Assembly (NCBI RefSeq): GCF_000012805.1
Contig: NC_007484.1
Location: 1,020,001-1,052,000, forward strand
Origin: Nitrosococcus oceani ATCC 19707
Lineage (GTDB): Bacteria > Pseudomonadota > Gammaproteobacteria > Nitrosococcales > Nitrosococcaceae
Direction: 5' to 3'
Length of the DNA stretch: 32,000 bases
The notes beneath the pieces are model-generated. The model was not told the DNA's origin. It saw nothing but the letters and a program-made list of their open reading frames with translations, and ran no database searches. Position numbers and translations under genes: made by a program. This document shows, piece by piece, positions 9,162 to 17,348 of the stretch (position 1 is its first letter; every line of letters starts with the position of its first letter).

Positions 9162-9935
9162 TCATTCGGAGGCTATTTGCACCATTGTTTGGTTCGCTCC
9201 CGTATTCCCTGTGGTTTTGTCGTAGGAGTAGACTATTATTTCATAAATTCCAGGTTCCTTAATTGAGGTCTTACCTTGAAAAAGGTTGGCGGGACCAGCA
9301 AAGGGGAGTGTTATCTCTCGTAACTTCTCGCCATTTTGCGTGAGAATGGCTTTGACTTCCAGTCTATCCGGTGGCCATAGGCCATCCTTCATGATGGGAC
9401 AGCCGCACATCATCGTGATCTTTGCATGGATGTGGACCTGATTATCTCTTGATACGTGAGTCCAAGCATCTACGATAAAGCCAGGTAGATTGATAATAAT
9501 CCCATCGCCAATAATATCTCTACCGGGGATCACCCAAGAAGTTACCGCGGCTTCTTGCTGAGATTGGTGAGCGCCCAAGGGACCCCATATTCGGAAGCGG
9601 AGTAAGCGGGGCCGCTCAATATTTACGGTAGCCAGGTAACCCGCCGTAGCTTCTGTGGCTATTTGTTGGCCCCGCTCAGGAGGGGTTCTCATGAGTAAAG
9701 TAGTGTCGCCAGTGCTCCCCCGGATCTCGCCTTCATCAAGAATAACTCCCGTCTTGGGGTCTTCTACTACAGCCCGCATGCCGCCTACACCGCTGCCAAT
9801 GAATTTAGCATCCACAGCGCGCGCCCGAATCATAATATGGGTTTCCTCGGCAAAGGCAAGGCCGGTTCCTCCTGCTATCGCCAGATACCCCGCTAGGGTA
9901 AGCCAAAACCAAGCCGTTAGAGATAATGTTTTCAT
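9162..9935 (-). CDS. Secreted hypothetical protein (257 aa)
   Basis: I moved the start to the ATG at 9935 (M64 of the track ORF), where a signal peptide begins (MKTLSLTAWFWLTLAGYLAIAGGTGLAFA). The longer track ORF would overlap the upstream gene in another frame. I recognise no family. There is an H-x-H...MMCGCP cluster. Confidence 0.6.
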   Translation of the reverse strand: MKTLSLTAWFWLTLAGYLAIAGGTGLAFAEETHIMIRARAVDAKFIGSGVGGMRAVVEDPKTGVILDEGEIRGSTGDTTLLMRTPPERGQQIATEATAGYLATVNIERPRLLRFRIWGPLGAHQSQQEAAVTSWVIPGRDIIGDGIIINLPGFIVDAWTHVSRDNQVHIHAKITMMCGCPIMKDGLWPPDRLEVKAILTQNGEKLREITLPFAGPANLFQGKTSIKEPGIYEIIVYSYDKTTGNTGANQTMVQIASE

Positions 9936-9945
9936 TGAGATTTCT

Positions 9946-10242
9946 TTAGGTATATTGTTGTAGTAATGCTTGAGCGATGTTTTCCCATTCTGTTTCCAAA
10001 GGCAATTGAGATGGAGTTTGGCCAGCGCGAGAATACCAATAAGCAGCATTTGAAGGGTCTCCCTCCTTTCGATGTAGGTAGGCATGTATCCAAGCTCCGG
10101 CCTTATCTCCAGCTGATTGAGCAAGATGGTGAGCTTGATGCCAATCCCCTTTAGCCTCGTACCATAACGCCTGAAGGGGTAAAGGGAAGTCCTGGGGGGG
10201 CTGGTCCGCGCCCAGTGAGTTTTTAAATTCTTGTAGTCCCAT
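9946..10242 (-). CDS. Small conserved hypothetical protein (98 aa, helical)
   Basis: The ORF ends 10 nt upstream of the next gene's start. The sequence ALWYEAKGDWHQAHHLAQS...AWIHAYLHRKEGDPSNAAYWYSRAG looks like a small family widespread in bacteria that I recall but cannot name. The function is unknown. Confidence 0.6.
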   Translation of the reverse strand: MGLQEFKNSLGADQPPQDFPLPLQALWYEAKGDWHQAHHLAQSAGDKAGAWIHAYLHRKEGDPSNAAYWYSRAGQTPSQLPLETEWENIAQALLQQYT

Positions 10243-10731
10243 TAGATTGTTAAGCCCCTATTTATTTATTAAAAAATTAATACCTATATAGTTCTGGTCT
10301 TGGTGCTAACTATGGGTGCAGCGTTTATTAGACCATGTTATTTAGTAACATACATGGGCTGTTATCAGCAAAATATAGAGTATATAGTTTTGGTAGGGAG
10401 GTTGTAGCCAACCTTTCCCTAATTAAAATTAGAGGTTTCCGGGCCGTGAAAGTTTATGAAAATAGCTGCCTGTAGTGCCCACAACCGTACGATCGCCAAT
10501 TTTTATTGGCGGCTAACCGTGATATTGACCGTGAATTAGTGTTTTTCGAAACACCCTTGCGCAAACTACGCTGCAAAACACCGGTATATTCGAACGGGAT
10601 GGTGTATGCGAGAATGAAGTAACTCTGGAGCTGCTGCGGTGAGGTTAAATGGAATTTTTATGTACAGCCCAAATTTTCCTGCCATGCTTAATCTGTCTTA
10701 CGGCAGTCAAGGATAGGAGCGCCTAGTTCTT

Positions 10732-11709
10732 ATGCTGGCTTATATTGTTCGCCGTATCCTCTATGCTATTCCAATCCTAGTGGGAGTCAATATTTTGACT
10801 TTTGCTTTATTTTTTGGAATCAACAGCCCGGATGATATGGCCCGAATGCATCTTGGTACTAAGCGCGTCACTCAGGAAGCCATAGACGCCTGGAAGCGGG
10901 AACGAGGCTATGATAAGCCCTTATTCTGGAACAGCGATGCGAAGGGAGAGGATAAATTTACTGAAACTATTTTTTTTACTAAATCGATTTCTTTATTTCT
11001 CTTCCAATTTGGCCATGCTGATGATGGGCGAGATATTGGCCACGATCTCCGAACCCGTATGTGGCCCAGTTTAGCCATTGCAGCGCCTATTTTTATAGGG
11101 GGCCTACTAGTGAATACTACCTTTGCGTTATTAATGGTTTTTTTCCGCGGCACCTATTTAGATTTGGGAGGGGTGGTGCTTTGTGTGGCCTTAATGTCTA
11201 TCTCCACACTATTTTATGTGATTATGGGTCAGTACCTGGTAGGTAAGCTGATGCATTTGGTTCCTGTTTCCGGCTATGTGGGTGGATTGGATGCTTTTAA
11301 ATTCATCATCTTGCCCATCATTATTGGGATTATCTCAGGTATTGGGGCTGGCGCCCGGTGGTATCGAACCTTATTTTTGGAAGAGGTGGGTAAGGATTAC
11401 GTCCGTACGGCCCGCGCTAAGGGTTTATCCGAGTTCAAAGTGCTGTTTAAGCACATACTAAAAAATGCTTTGATTCCTATTTTGACGGGGGCTGTGGTGA
11501 TTTTACCTACTCTATTTTTGGGTAGTCTTATTTTGGAGTCTTTTTTTGGCATCCCCGGCCTTGGTAGTTATACCATCGATGCCATCCAAGCCCAAGATTT
11601 TGCCATTGTGCGCGCTATGGTATTTTTGGGATCGGTGCTCTATATCTTGGGTCTGATTCTAACTGATATCTCCTATACTCTAGTAGATCCGCGGGTACGT
11701 CTTAACTGA
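10732..11709 (+). CDS. ABC transporter permease, Dpp/Opp/YejB type
   Basis: A 325-aa ORF with an AGGAG Shine-Dalgarno upstream. The N-terminus MLAYIVRRILYAIPILVGVNILTF is typical of DppB/OppB/YejB. The EAA-loop region is YVRTARAKGLSEFKVLFKHILKNALIPILT. Confidence 0.9.
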   Translation: MLAYIVRRILYAIPILVGVNILTFALFFGINSPDDMARMHLGTKRVTQEAIDAWKRERGYDKPLFWNSDAKGEDKFTETIFFTKSISLFLFQFGHADDGRDIGHDLRTRMWPSLAIAAPIFIGGLLVNTTFALLMVFFRGTYLDLGGVVLCVALMSISTLFYVIMGQYLVGKLMHLVPVSGYVGGLDAFKFIILPIIIGIISGIGAGARWYRTLFLEEVGKDYVRTARAKGLSEFKVLFKHILKNALIPILTGAVVILPTLFLGSLILESFFGIPGLGSYTIDAIQAQDFAIVRAMVFLGSVLYILGLILTDISYTLVDPRVRLN

Positions 11710-11713
11710 AATA

Positions 11714-13126
11714 ATGTCTTTTCAGCCTGTTTTTCTCTGGACCGATATTCTCATCTACCTGTTACTAGCCCTGTTGGCAGTAGCAATAGGCGTGATTTGC
11801 CGACGCAAATACCTGCGCGCAGCCTGGAAGCATGTTTTGCGCAGCCGCCGCGGCCAAATTACCTCGGTGATTCTTCTCGCCTATGCTTTAATAGGTCTTT
11901 TGGATTCGGTCCATTTACGTCAGGCTTTAACGCTTCCCCCAGCTCTGCAGGCAACTACTTCGGTTCAATATTCTTCCGAGGTACTCAGCCTGCTGGATCT
12001 GTGGGTTTTTCATTTACGAGAACAGATAGAGACCACCTATTCGGCTCCCTTTGCTACCCATCTTTATACGAAAGCGTTAGTAACCCTACCAGATGGAGAG
12101 CAGCTACGAGCTTATCCTCGATTGAAATATGGAGGGGTCCATTTAGTCGATCCGGCAGAACGTTGGCGTGATATAACTCAGACAGTATTCCTAGCCGGCG
12201 GAAAAGGTCTCTTTTGCTGGTTGTTTCTCACCCTTTTGGGGCTAGCCTGGTTGGCAAAACGGCGGGGCGTGAGCTATTCCGTTTATCTGGGGTGGGTGTT
12301 GCGGGGTAGTCCAAACGCCCCATGGCGGGTTGCTTGTATCACAGTTGGGATTGTGTTGATATTCGCCTTTATAGCTGCTGCCTTAAGCCAGGATTACCAT
12401 ATTTTTGGAACTAATAAAGTTGGCCAGGATGTTTTTTATCAGAGTTTGAAGAGTATTCGTACGGGGCTTGTGATTGGCACACTGACTACCTTGGTGATGC
12501 TCCCCCTTGCGTTGATGCTGGGAATCGTTGCAGGTTATTTTCGGGGCTGGATAGATGATATTATTCAATATATCTATACTACCCTTAATTCTATCCCCGG
12601 GGTATTGCTGATCGCAGCGGCGATCCTCATGCTGGAAGTCTATATTGGTAACCATCCGGAGAAGTTTGGGACCGTAGCCGAGCGGGCTGATCTGCGTCTT
12701 CTCTTTCTTTGCCTTATTCTTGGAGTGACCAGTTGGACTGGATTATGCCGAATCCTGCGGGGGGAGACCCTCAAGCTTCGGGAAGCCGACTATGTTTTGG
12801 CGGCCCAAGCTTTTGGAGTAAGCCGAAGCAAGATTTTGCTCCATCATATTTTACCTAATGTGATGCATATCGTGTTGATATCGGTAGTGCTGGATTTCAG
12901 CGGGCTTGTGCTAGCCGAAGCGGTATTATCCTATGTGGGGGTAGGGGTTGATCCTTCCACTATGAGCTGGGGCAATATGATCAACAGCGCCCGCCTGGAA
13001 ATGGCTCGGGAACCGATGGTGTGGTGGTCTTTAACAGCGGCTTTCCTATTTATGTTTATCCTGGTTCTCGCCGCTAATCTGTTTTCTGATGTGGTACGGG
13101 AAGCGTTGGATCCGCGAATGGGATAG
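11714..13126 (+). CDS. ABC transporter permease, DppC/YejE type with long N-terminal extension
   Basis: A 470-aa ORF starting 5 nt after the previous gene. The C-terminal half has the DppC-type core (DDIIQYIYTTLNSIPGVLL..., YVLAAQAFGVSRSKILLHHILPNVM). The N-terminal 230 aa or so add extra hydrophobic helices and a loop. Confidence 0.88.
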   Translation: MSFQPVFLWTDILIYLLLALLAVAIGVICRRKYLRAAWKHVLRSRRGQITSVILLAYALIGLLDSVHLRQALTLPPALQATTSVQYSSEVLSLLDLWVFHLREQIETTYSAPFATHLYTKALVTLPDGEQLRAYPRLKYGGVHLVDPAERWRDITQTVFLAGGKGLFCWLFLTLLGLAWLAKRRGVSYSVYLGWVLRGSPNAPWRVACITVGIVLIFAFIAAALSQDYHIFGTNKVGQDVFYQSLKSIRTGLVIGTLTTLVMLPLALMLGIVAGYFRGWIDDIIQYIYTTLNSIPGVLLIAAAILMLEVYIGNHPEKFGTVAERADLRLLFLCLILGVTSWTGLCRILRGETLKLREADYVLAAQAFGVSRSKILLHHILPNVMHIVLISVVLDFSGLVLAEAVLSYVGVGVDPSTMSWGNMINSARLEMAREPMVWWSLTAAFLFMFILVLAANLFSDVVREALDPRMG

Positions 13127-13129
13127 TGA

Positions 13130-13620
13130 ATGTCGGTACAACAAATACCTGTCCTCACACTAAAACAGCGCTGCCAAGGCTTGGCAGGACTAAGGGGTTT
13201 GAGTTATTGCTATTATATTGGCCAACGGGGCAATTTTGGGGCTGGAAATAGCTCTGAGCCTGGAGAGCGAACGTGGTTATTATCTGAAATTAAGCAATCA
13301 GGTCATTATTATCGTTTTTATTGTTGAAGCAGCTTTCAAGATGTATGCGGCTATGCTCTATTATCGTCGCTACTTTGGCAATGGTTGGGGGCCATCTAAT
13401 TTTTTTTGTAATTTTTTCGCTAATCTTTGTGATGGAGCAATTTACCACTATTGCCCGTCTAGCGCGCCTATTATCGGGTGATGCGGCTAATCTTCGTTAT
13501 TGCGGAAATGCTTCTTGTGATCAGCACGCTGGTTCGCTCTATTCCTACTATGGTCTTTGCAATTATTACTTTATTTATTGCTGTGGTCTCGAACAATGCG
13601 GGAGCATTTGGAAGATCTAC
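13130..13620 (+). pseudogene. Voltage-gated ion channel (Ion_trans/NaChBac-like) gene remnant: S1-S5 only, at least three frame changes
   Basis: Splicing three frames gives MSVQQIPVLTLKQRCQGLAGLRG / (TGA 13200-13202) VIAIILANGAILGLE...NQVIIIVFIVEAAFKMYA...NGWGPSNFF / (T8 run 13400-13407) FVIFSLIFVMEQFTTIARLARLL / RVMRLIFVIAEMLLVISTLVRSIPTMVFAIITLFIAVV. This follows the S1-S2-S3-S4 (Arg every third residue)-S5 pattern of bacterial voltage-gated cation channels. No pore loop or S6 follows. Confidence 0.55.
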
Positions 13621-13748
13621 GGCACTCTCCCAAAGCCGAAGAATTGTTTGCCGAACTACTACGGGAGGCCCAAGTCACTTTTTTGGGGTGATTGCAGGTA
13701 CCGCTGGAAGTAGTAACGGGCGCCCACCCCTGGGGGAGAAGAAGGAGC

Positions 13749-15596
13749 ATGCCTTTGACTGAACCCCTACTGCAGGTCGAAGGGCTCAAAACTTGGTTTG
13801 AAACCCTGGCGGGGACGGTACGGGCTGTCGATGGAGTGGATTTTGAAATTAATCCAGGCGAGACTTTTGTGCTGCTAGGAGAATCCGGCTGTGGTAAATC
13901 CATGACGGCGCTTTCGGTAATGAGGCTGATAGCTGTTCCTCCAGGCCATATAGCCGCGCAAAGAATAGTCCTAGAGAATCGTAATCTGCTAGAGTTGCCA
14001 GAAAGAGCTATGCGCAAGTTACGGGGCCGAAAGATTGCGATGATTTTTCAAGAACCCCAGACTTCCCTGAACCCCGTTTTTACCATAGGAGATCAAATCG
14101 GCGAGAGCTTGCGTGTCCACCTTGGCCTGCGGCGTTATTCTCTCCGCCAGCGGGTTTTGGAGCTTTTGGAAGCGGTGGGCATTCCCCATCCTAGGCAGCG
14201 CATCGATGATTATCCCCACCAATTTTCGGGAGGAATGAGGCAGCGAGTTATGATCGCCATGGCCCTAGCCGGAGAGCCCGAGCTGCTGATTGCGGATGAG
14301 CCTACGACTGCCTTGGATGTGACTATCCAAGCCCAAATTTTAGAACTGCTCAAAGGGTTGCAAAGGGAACGGGGCCTCTCTATTCTTTTGATTACGCATG
14401 ACCTAGGGGTTGTGTCCCAGATGGCCGATCGGATCGGGGTGATGTATGCGGGGCACCTGGTGGAACAGGCCAGTCGGGAGCGTTTTTTCGCCGACCCGCT
14501 CCACCCATACTCCCGCAAACTCTTTGAAGCGCTCCCTACCCATGGCAAGCGGGATCAGCGTTTGAATGTTATCCAGGGAAACGTTCCTCCTCTCACTCAA
14601 CCTTTTAAGGCTTGCCGTTTTGCTGATCGTTGTGACTTTGCCTGGGAAGCCTGCCGAATACAGGCCCCTAAGTGGATTTTGGCTGAATCTGGCTACCATG
14701 TTCGTTGTCATCTTTATGATCCAGATATTGCTCCGAGCCGGCCTCCAGCGGGCCAGGATAATTATGCCCGATCGCCTTTGTCAGCGGTACAACCTGCGGG
14801 TCAAGTGCTGCTCAAGGTAGAAGACCTGAAAGTGTATTTCCCTATTCGCAAGGGAATACTACGGCGGATGAGCGGTCATATTAAAGCGGTTGATGGTGTT
14901 TCCCTGGAAATTCGCCGTGCTGAAACGTTGGCTTTAGTGGGGGAATCGGGCTGTGGTAAGACCACCACGGGTAAAGGGATCTTGCAGCTGTTGCCGGTGA
15001 CTGCTGGTAGTGTGCGATTTAACGGTGAAGAATTGACTAGGCTTAAGGGACGCGCCCTGCGCCAGCGGCGGGCTGATTTCCAGGTTATCTTCCAAGATCC
15101 CTTTGCTTCCATGAATCCGCGCATGACGGTTGCTGATATTGTAGAAGAAGGCATGATTGTTCAGCGAGTAGGGGGAAGCGCAGAGGCCCGGCAAGAGCGG
15201 GTTGCTGAATTATTGCAGCGGGTAGGGTTGCCGGCTGAAGCTCGGGATCGTTACCCCCACGAATTTTCTGGCGGGCAGCGGCAACGGATCTGTATCGCCC
15301 GTGCTTTAGCAGTTAAGCCCAAGCTTATTGTTTGCGATGAACCGACCAGTGCTTTGGATGTTTCCGTCCAGGCCCAAATCTTGAATTTGCTGCGGGAAGT
15401 TCAGCATGAGTTTGGTCTGTCCTATTTATTCATTACCCATAATCTGGCGGTAGTTGAATATTTGGCCCATCGGATAGCGGTGATGTATTTGGGCCGTATC
15501 GTGGAAGAAGGAACGGTGACCCAAGTGCTTCAGCGACCTCAACATTCTTATACTAAAACGCTCCTTGCTGCGGTGCCGTCGGTAGAGAGGGATTAA
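13749..15596 (+). CDS. ABC transporter ATP-binding protein, fused tandem DppD/DppF (YejF-like)
   Basis: I set the start at the ATG at 13749, after a GAAGGAG Shine-Dalgarno (the track start at 13692 lacks one). There are two full ABC cassettes: Walker A GESGCGKS twice, signatures FSGGMRQR and FSGGQRQR, and Walker B LIADEPTTALD and IVCDEPTSALD. Confidence 0.92.
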   Translation: MPLTEPLLQVEGLKTWFETLAGTVRAVDGVDFEINPGETFVLLGESGCGKSMTALSVMRLIAVPPGHIAAQRIVLENRNLLELPERAMRKLRGRKIAMIFQEPQTSLNPVFTIGDQIGESLRVHLGLRRYSLRQRVLELLEAVGIPHPRQRIDDYPHQFSGGMRQRVMIAMALAGEPELLIADEPTTALDVTIQAQILELLKGLQRERGLSILLITHDLGVVSQMADRIGVMYAGHLVEQASRERFFADPLHPYSRKLFEALPTHGKRDQRLNVIQGNVPPLTQPFKACRFADRCDFAWEACRIQAPKWILAESGYHVRCHLYDPDIAPSRPPAGQDNYARSPLSAVQPAGQVLLKVEDLKVYFPIRKGILRRMSGHIKAVDGVSLEIRRAETLALVGESGCGKTTTGKGILQLLPVTAGSVRFNGEELTRLKGRALRQRRADFQVIFQDPFASMNPRMTVADIVEEGMIVQRVGGSAEARQERVAELLQRVGLPAEARDRYPHEFSGGQRQRICIARALAVKPKLIVCDEPTSALDVSVQAQILNLLREVQHEFGLSYLFITHNLAVVEYLAHRIAVMYLGRIVEEGTVTQVLQRPQHSYTKTLLAAVPSVERD

Positions 15597-15650
15597 AAAA
15601 TATTGGACTTAGGTCAGCAAGCGGTAAAGCGCCTACATCGGCCAGTCTGT

Positions 15651-15721
15651 TATAACATCGAGGTATGGAAATCGGTGACGGTTATTATTGAGGGAAATAA
15701 CATGTCCCTTTCGATGTTATA
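15651..15721. repeat. 11-nt perfect inverted repeat (tataacatcga / tcgatgttata) enclosing a 5-bp inner stem, in a 345-nt intergenic region
   Basis: Read directly: 15651-15661 against 15711-15721, with an inner aggga...tccct stem at about 15691-15709. Confidence 0.5.
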
Positions 15722-15941
15722 GCGGTCATCGCCGTATCCGAGCGAATTCTAGATGCAGGTGAAATAAGGGATCGGAAGGCCAAATAGAAATCTGGCGATT
15801 ACTCCCCGTTAAGCGTGTTCCTTTTATCAGCAGTGAGAATTAAGCTGGATAAGGCGGTATTCACTGTGCCGAGAGTTACTCCTGATTCTGCTATAATTTT
15901 AATTATTAGTCTATCTTTTCTCAAATCGCCTCTATAAAATT

Positions 15942-17240
15942 ATGTCTCAGCTTGGGCAGGATGCCTGTTCATCCTATAAAACACAAGGAATAGCGTTTCT
16001 GGAGAAAGGGACGGATAGTTGTGTCAGGTGTGGATTGTGTTTGCCCCATTGCCCTACTTACCTCTTGACTGGCGATGAAAGTGAATCTCCCCGAGGCCGG
16101 ATTTCTCTCATTAGGGCATTAGCACAGAATCAGCTGGCGCCTACTCCGCCCTTGTTAGGCCATTTGGAACGCTGCCTAACTTGCCGCGCCTGCGAGTCAG
16201 TTTGCCCTTCTGATGTTCCCTATGGGCGTTTAATTGATACCGTCCGTGCTCAAGTCCGAGTCCAGCAGTCCCGTGGGCAACGGGTTAAAAAACATCTCCT
16301 CCACCAGTGGCTAATCCCTCGTCCAACCTTACTTCGTGGTCTTGGAGGATTGATGAGACTGGCCCAGCGCATAGGGGTTGTAGGGTTAGCTCGGCGCAGC
16401 GGGTTGTTGGAAGCTTTAGGATGGGCTTCGCTAGAGGCTTTGCTGCCTGAATTACCTCCTCGGCAAGGATGGCAGCCCTTTTTTCCTGCTCAGGGCAAGG
16501 AGCGGGGCCAAGTCGCTTTATTTACAGGTTGCGTTACTGATGTGGTGGATCAACCCTCATTAATGGCAACGGTGCAATTGCTAAACCAGGTAGGTTATGG
16601 GGTCCATATTCCTAGGAAGCAGGTTTGCTGTGGTGCTTTGGCTAGACACGACGGTGAATGGGAACGAGCCTTGGCACTAGCGGTTGAAAACATCACAGCA
16701 TTTGCTACTGCGGAAGTCGAAGCGATTCTCTGCACTGCCAGTGGTTGCACAACGAGTCTGGTAGACTATCCTCAGTGGCTGCAAGAGGTGGGAATGGAGG
16801 CTGTCGCTGCTCGCGATTTTGCTGGTAAACTTTGGGATGTTAACCAATTTCTACTTCAAAGGGCTTGGCCGGCAAGCGTAACCCTGAAGCCTCTGGCAAA
16901 ACGGATTGCGGTACAAGATCCTTGCAGCTTGCGCCATGTTTTGCACCAGCACGAGGCGGTATATACTTTATTGCGCCGAATTCCAGAGGCTGATATTTTA
17001 CCGCTCCCAAGCAACGGGCAATGCTGTGGCGCCGCTGGAAGCTATATGCTAACCCAGCCAGAATTCGCCCAATTTCTACGTGCCGAGAAAATAAACGCCT
17101 TACAGAAAATTCAACCTGATATTTTGGTGACCTCTAATATTGGGTGTGCGCTGTATTTGGCTGCGGGGATAAAAGAGGCGGCTCTTCCTATTGAAATATT
17201 GCATCCTGTGCAATTATTAGCTCGGCAACTTAGTTTTTAG
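15942..17240 (+). CDS. glcF: Glycolate oxidase iron-sulfur subunit-like (Fe-S)-binding protein with two CCG domains
   Basis: A 432-aa ORF with two ferredoxin-type motifs, CVRCGLCLPHCP and CLTCRACESVCP, the GlcF-like segment GDESESPRGRISLIRAL, and C-terminal CCG motifs (QVCCGA, QCCGAAGSY). Confidence 0.8.
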   Translation: MSQLGQDACSSYKTQGIAFLEKGTDSCVRCGLCLPHCPTYLLTGDESESPRGRISLIRALAQNQLAPTPPLLGHLERCLTCRACESVCPSDVPYGRLIDTVRAQVRVQQSRGQRVKKHLLHQWLIPRPTLLRGLGGLMRLAQRIGVVGLARRSGLLEALGWASLEALLPELPPRQGWQPFFPAQGKERGQVALFTGCVTDVVDQPSLMATVQLLNQVGYGVHIPRKQVCCGALARHDGEWERALALAVENITAFATAEVEAILCTASGCTTSLVDYPQWLQEVGMEAVAARDFAGKLWDVNQFLLQRAWPASVTLKPLAKRIAVQDPCSLRHVLHQHEAVYTLLRRIPEADILPLPSNGQCCGAAGSYMLTQPEFAQFLRAEKINALQKIQPDILVTSNIGCALYLAAGIKEAALPIEILHPVQLLARQLSF

Positions 17241-17348
17241 TAATAATATATACTTGGAATTTTTGTTTTTGCATGGGGAAGAGATTAAGAATCTTCTTGT
17301 TACCTAAGGTTAAGCAAGACTATTCTTAGGTTAATTGAAAAAGCAATA

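Noticed and set aside
9936-10124. The N-terminal 63 codons of the 320-aa track ORF (9162..10124).
   Set aside because: The extension overlaps the better-supported 98-aa gene (9946..10242) in another frame. A textbook signal peptide starts at the internal Met at 9935.
10476-10622. An open frame without a start codon in the ABC-operon leader. It encodes ...YDRQFLLAANRDIDRELVFFETPLRKLRCKTPVYSNGMVYARMK and sits next to a 7-bp hairpin (cgccaat-tttt-attggcg, 10494-10511).
   Set aside because: The frame looks protein-like, but it has no ATG/GTG with an RBS (only a weak internal TTG), is only 48 codons long and matches no family I recognise. It could be a gene remnant, but I cannot support that from sequence alone.
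13692-13748. The upstream 19 codons of the ATPase ORF (MQVPLEVVTGAHPWGRRRS).
   Set aside because: There is no Shine-Dalgarno. The ATG at 13749 has GAAGGAG at ideal spacing and begins the conserved LLxVxxL N-terminus of ABC ATPases.
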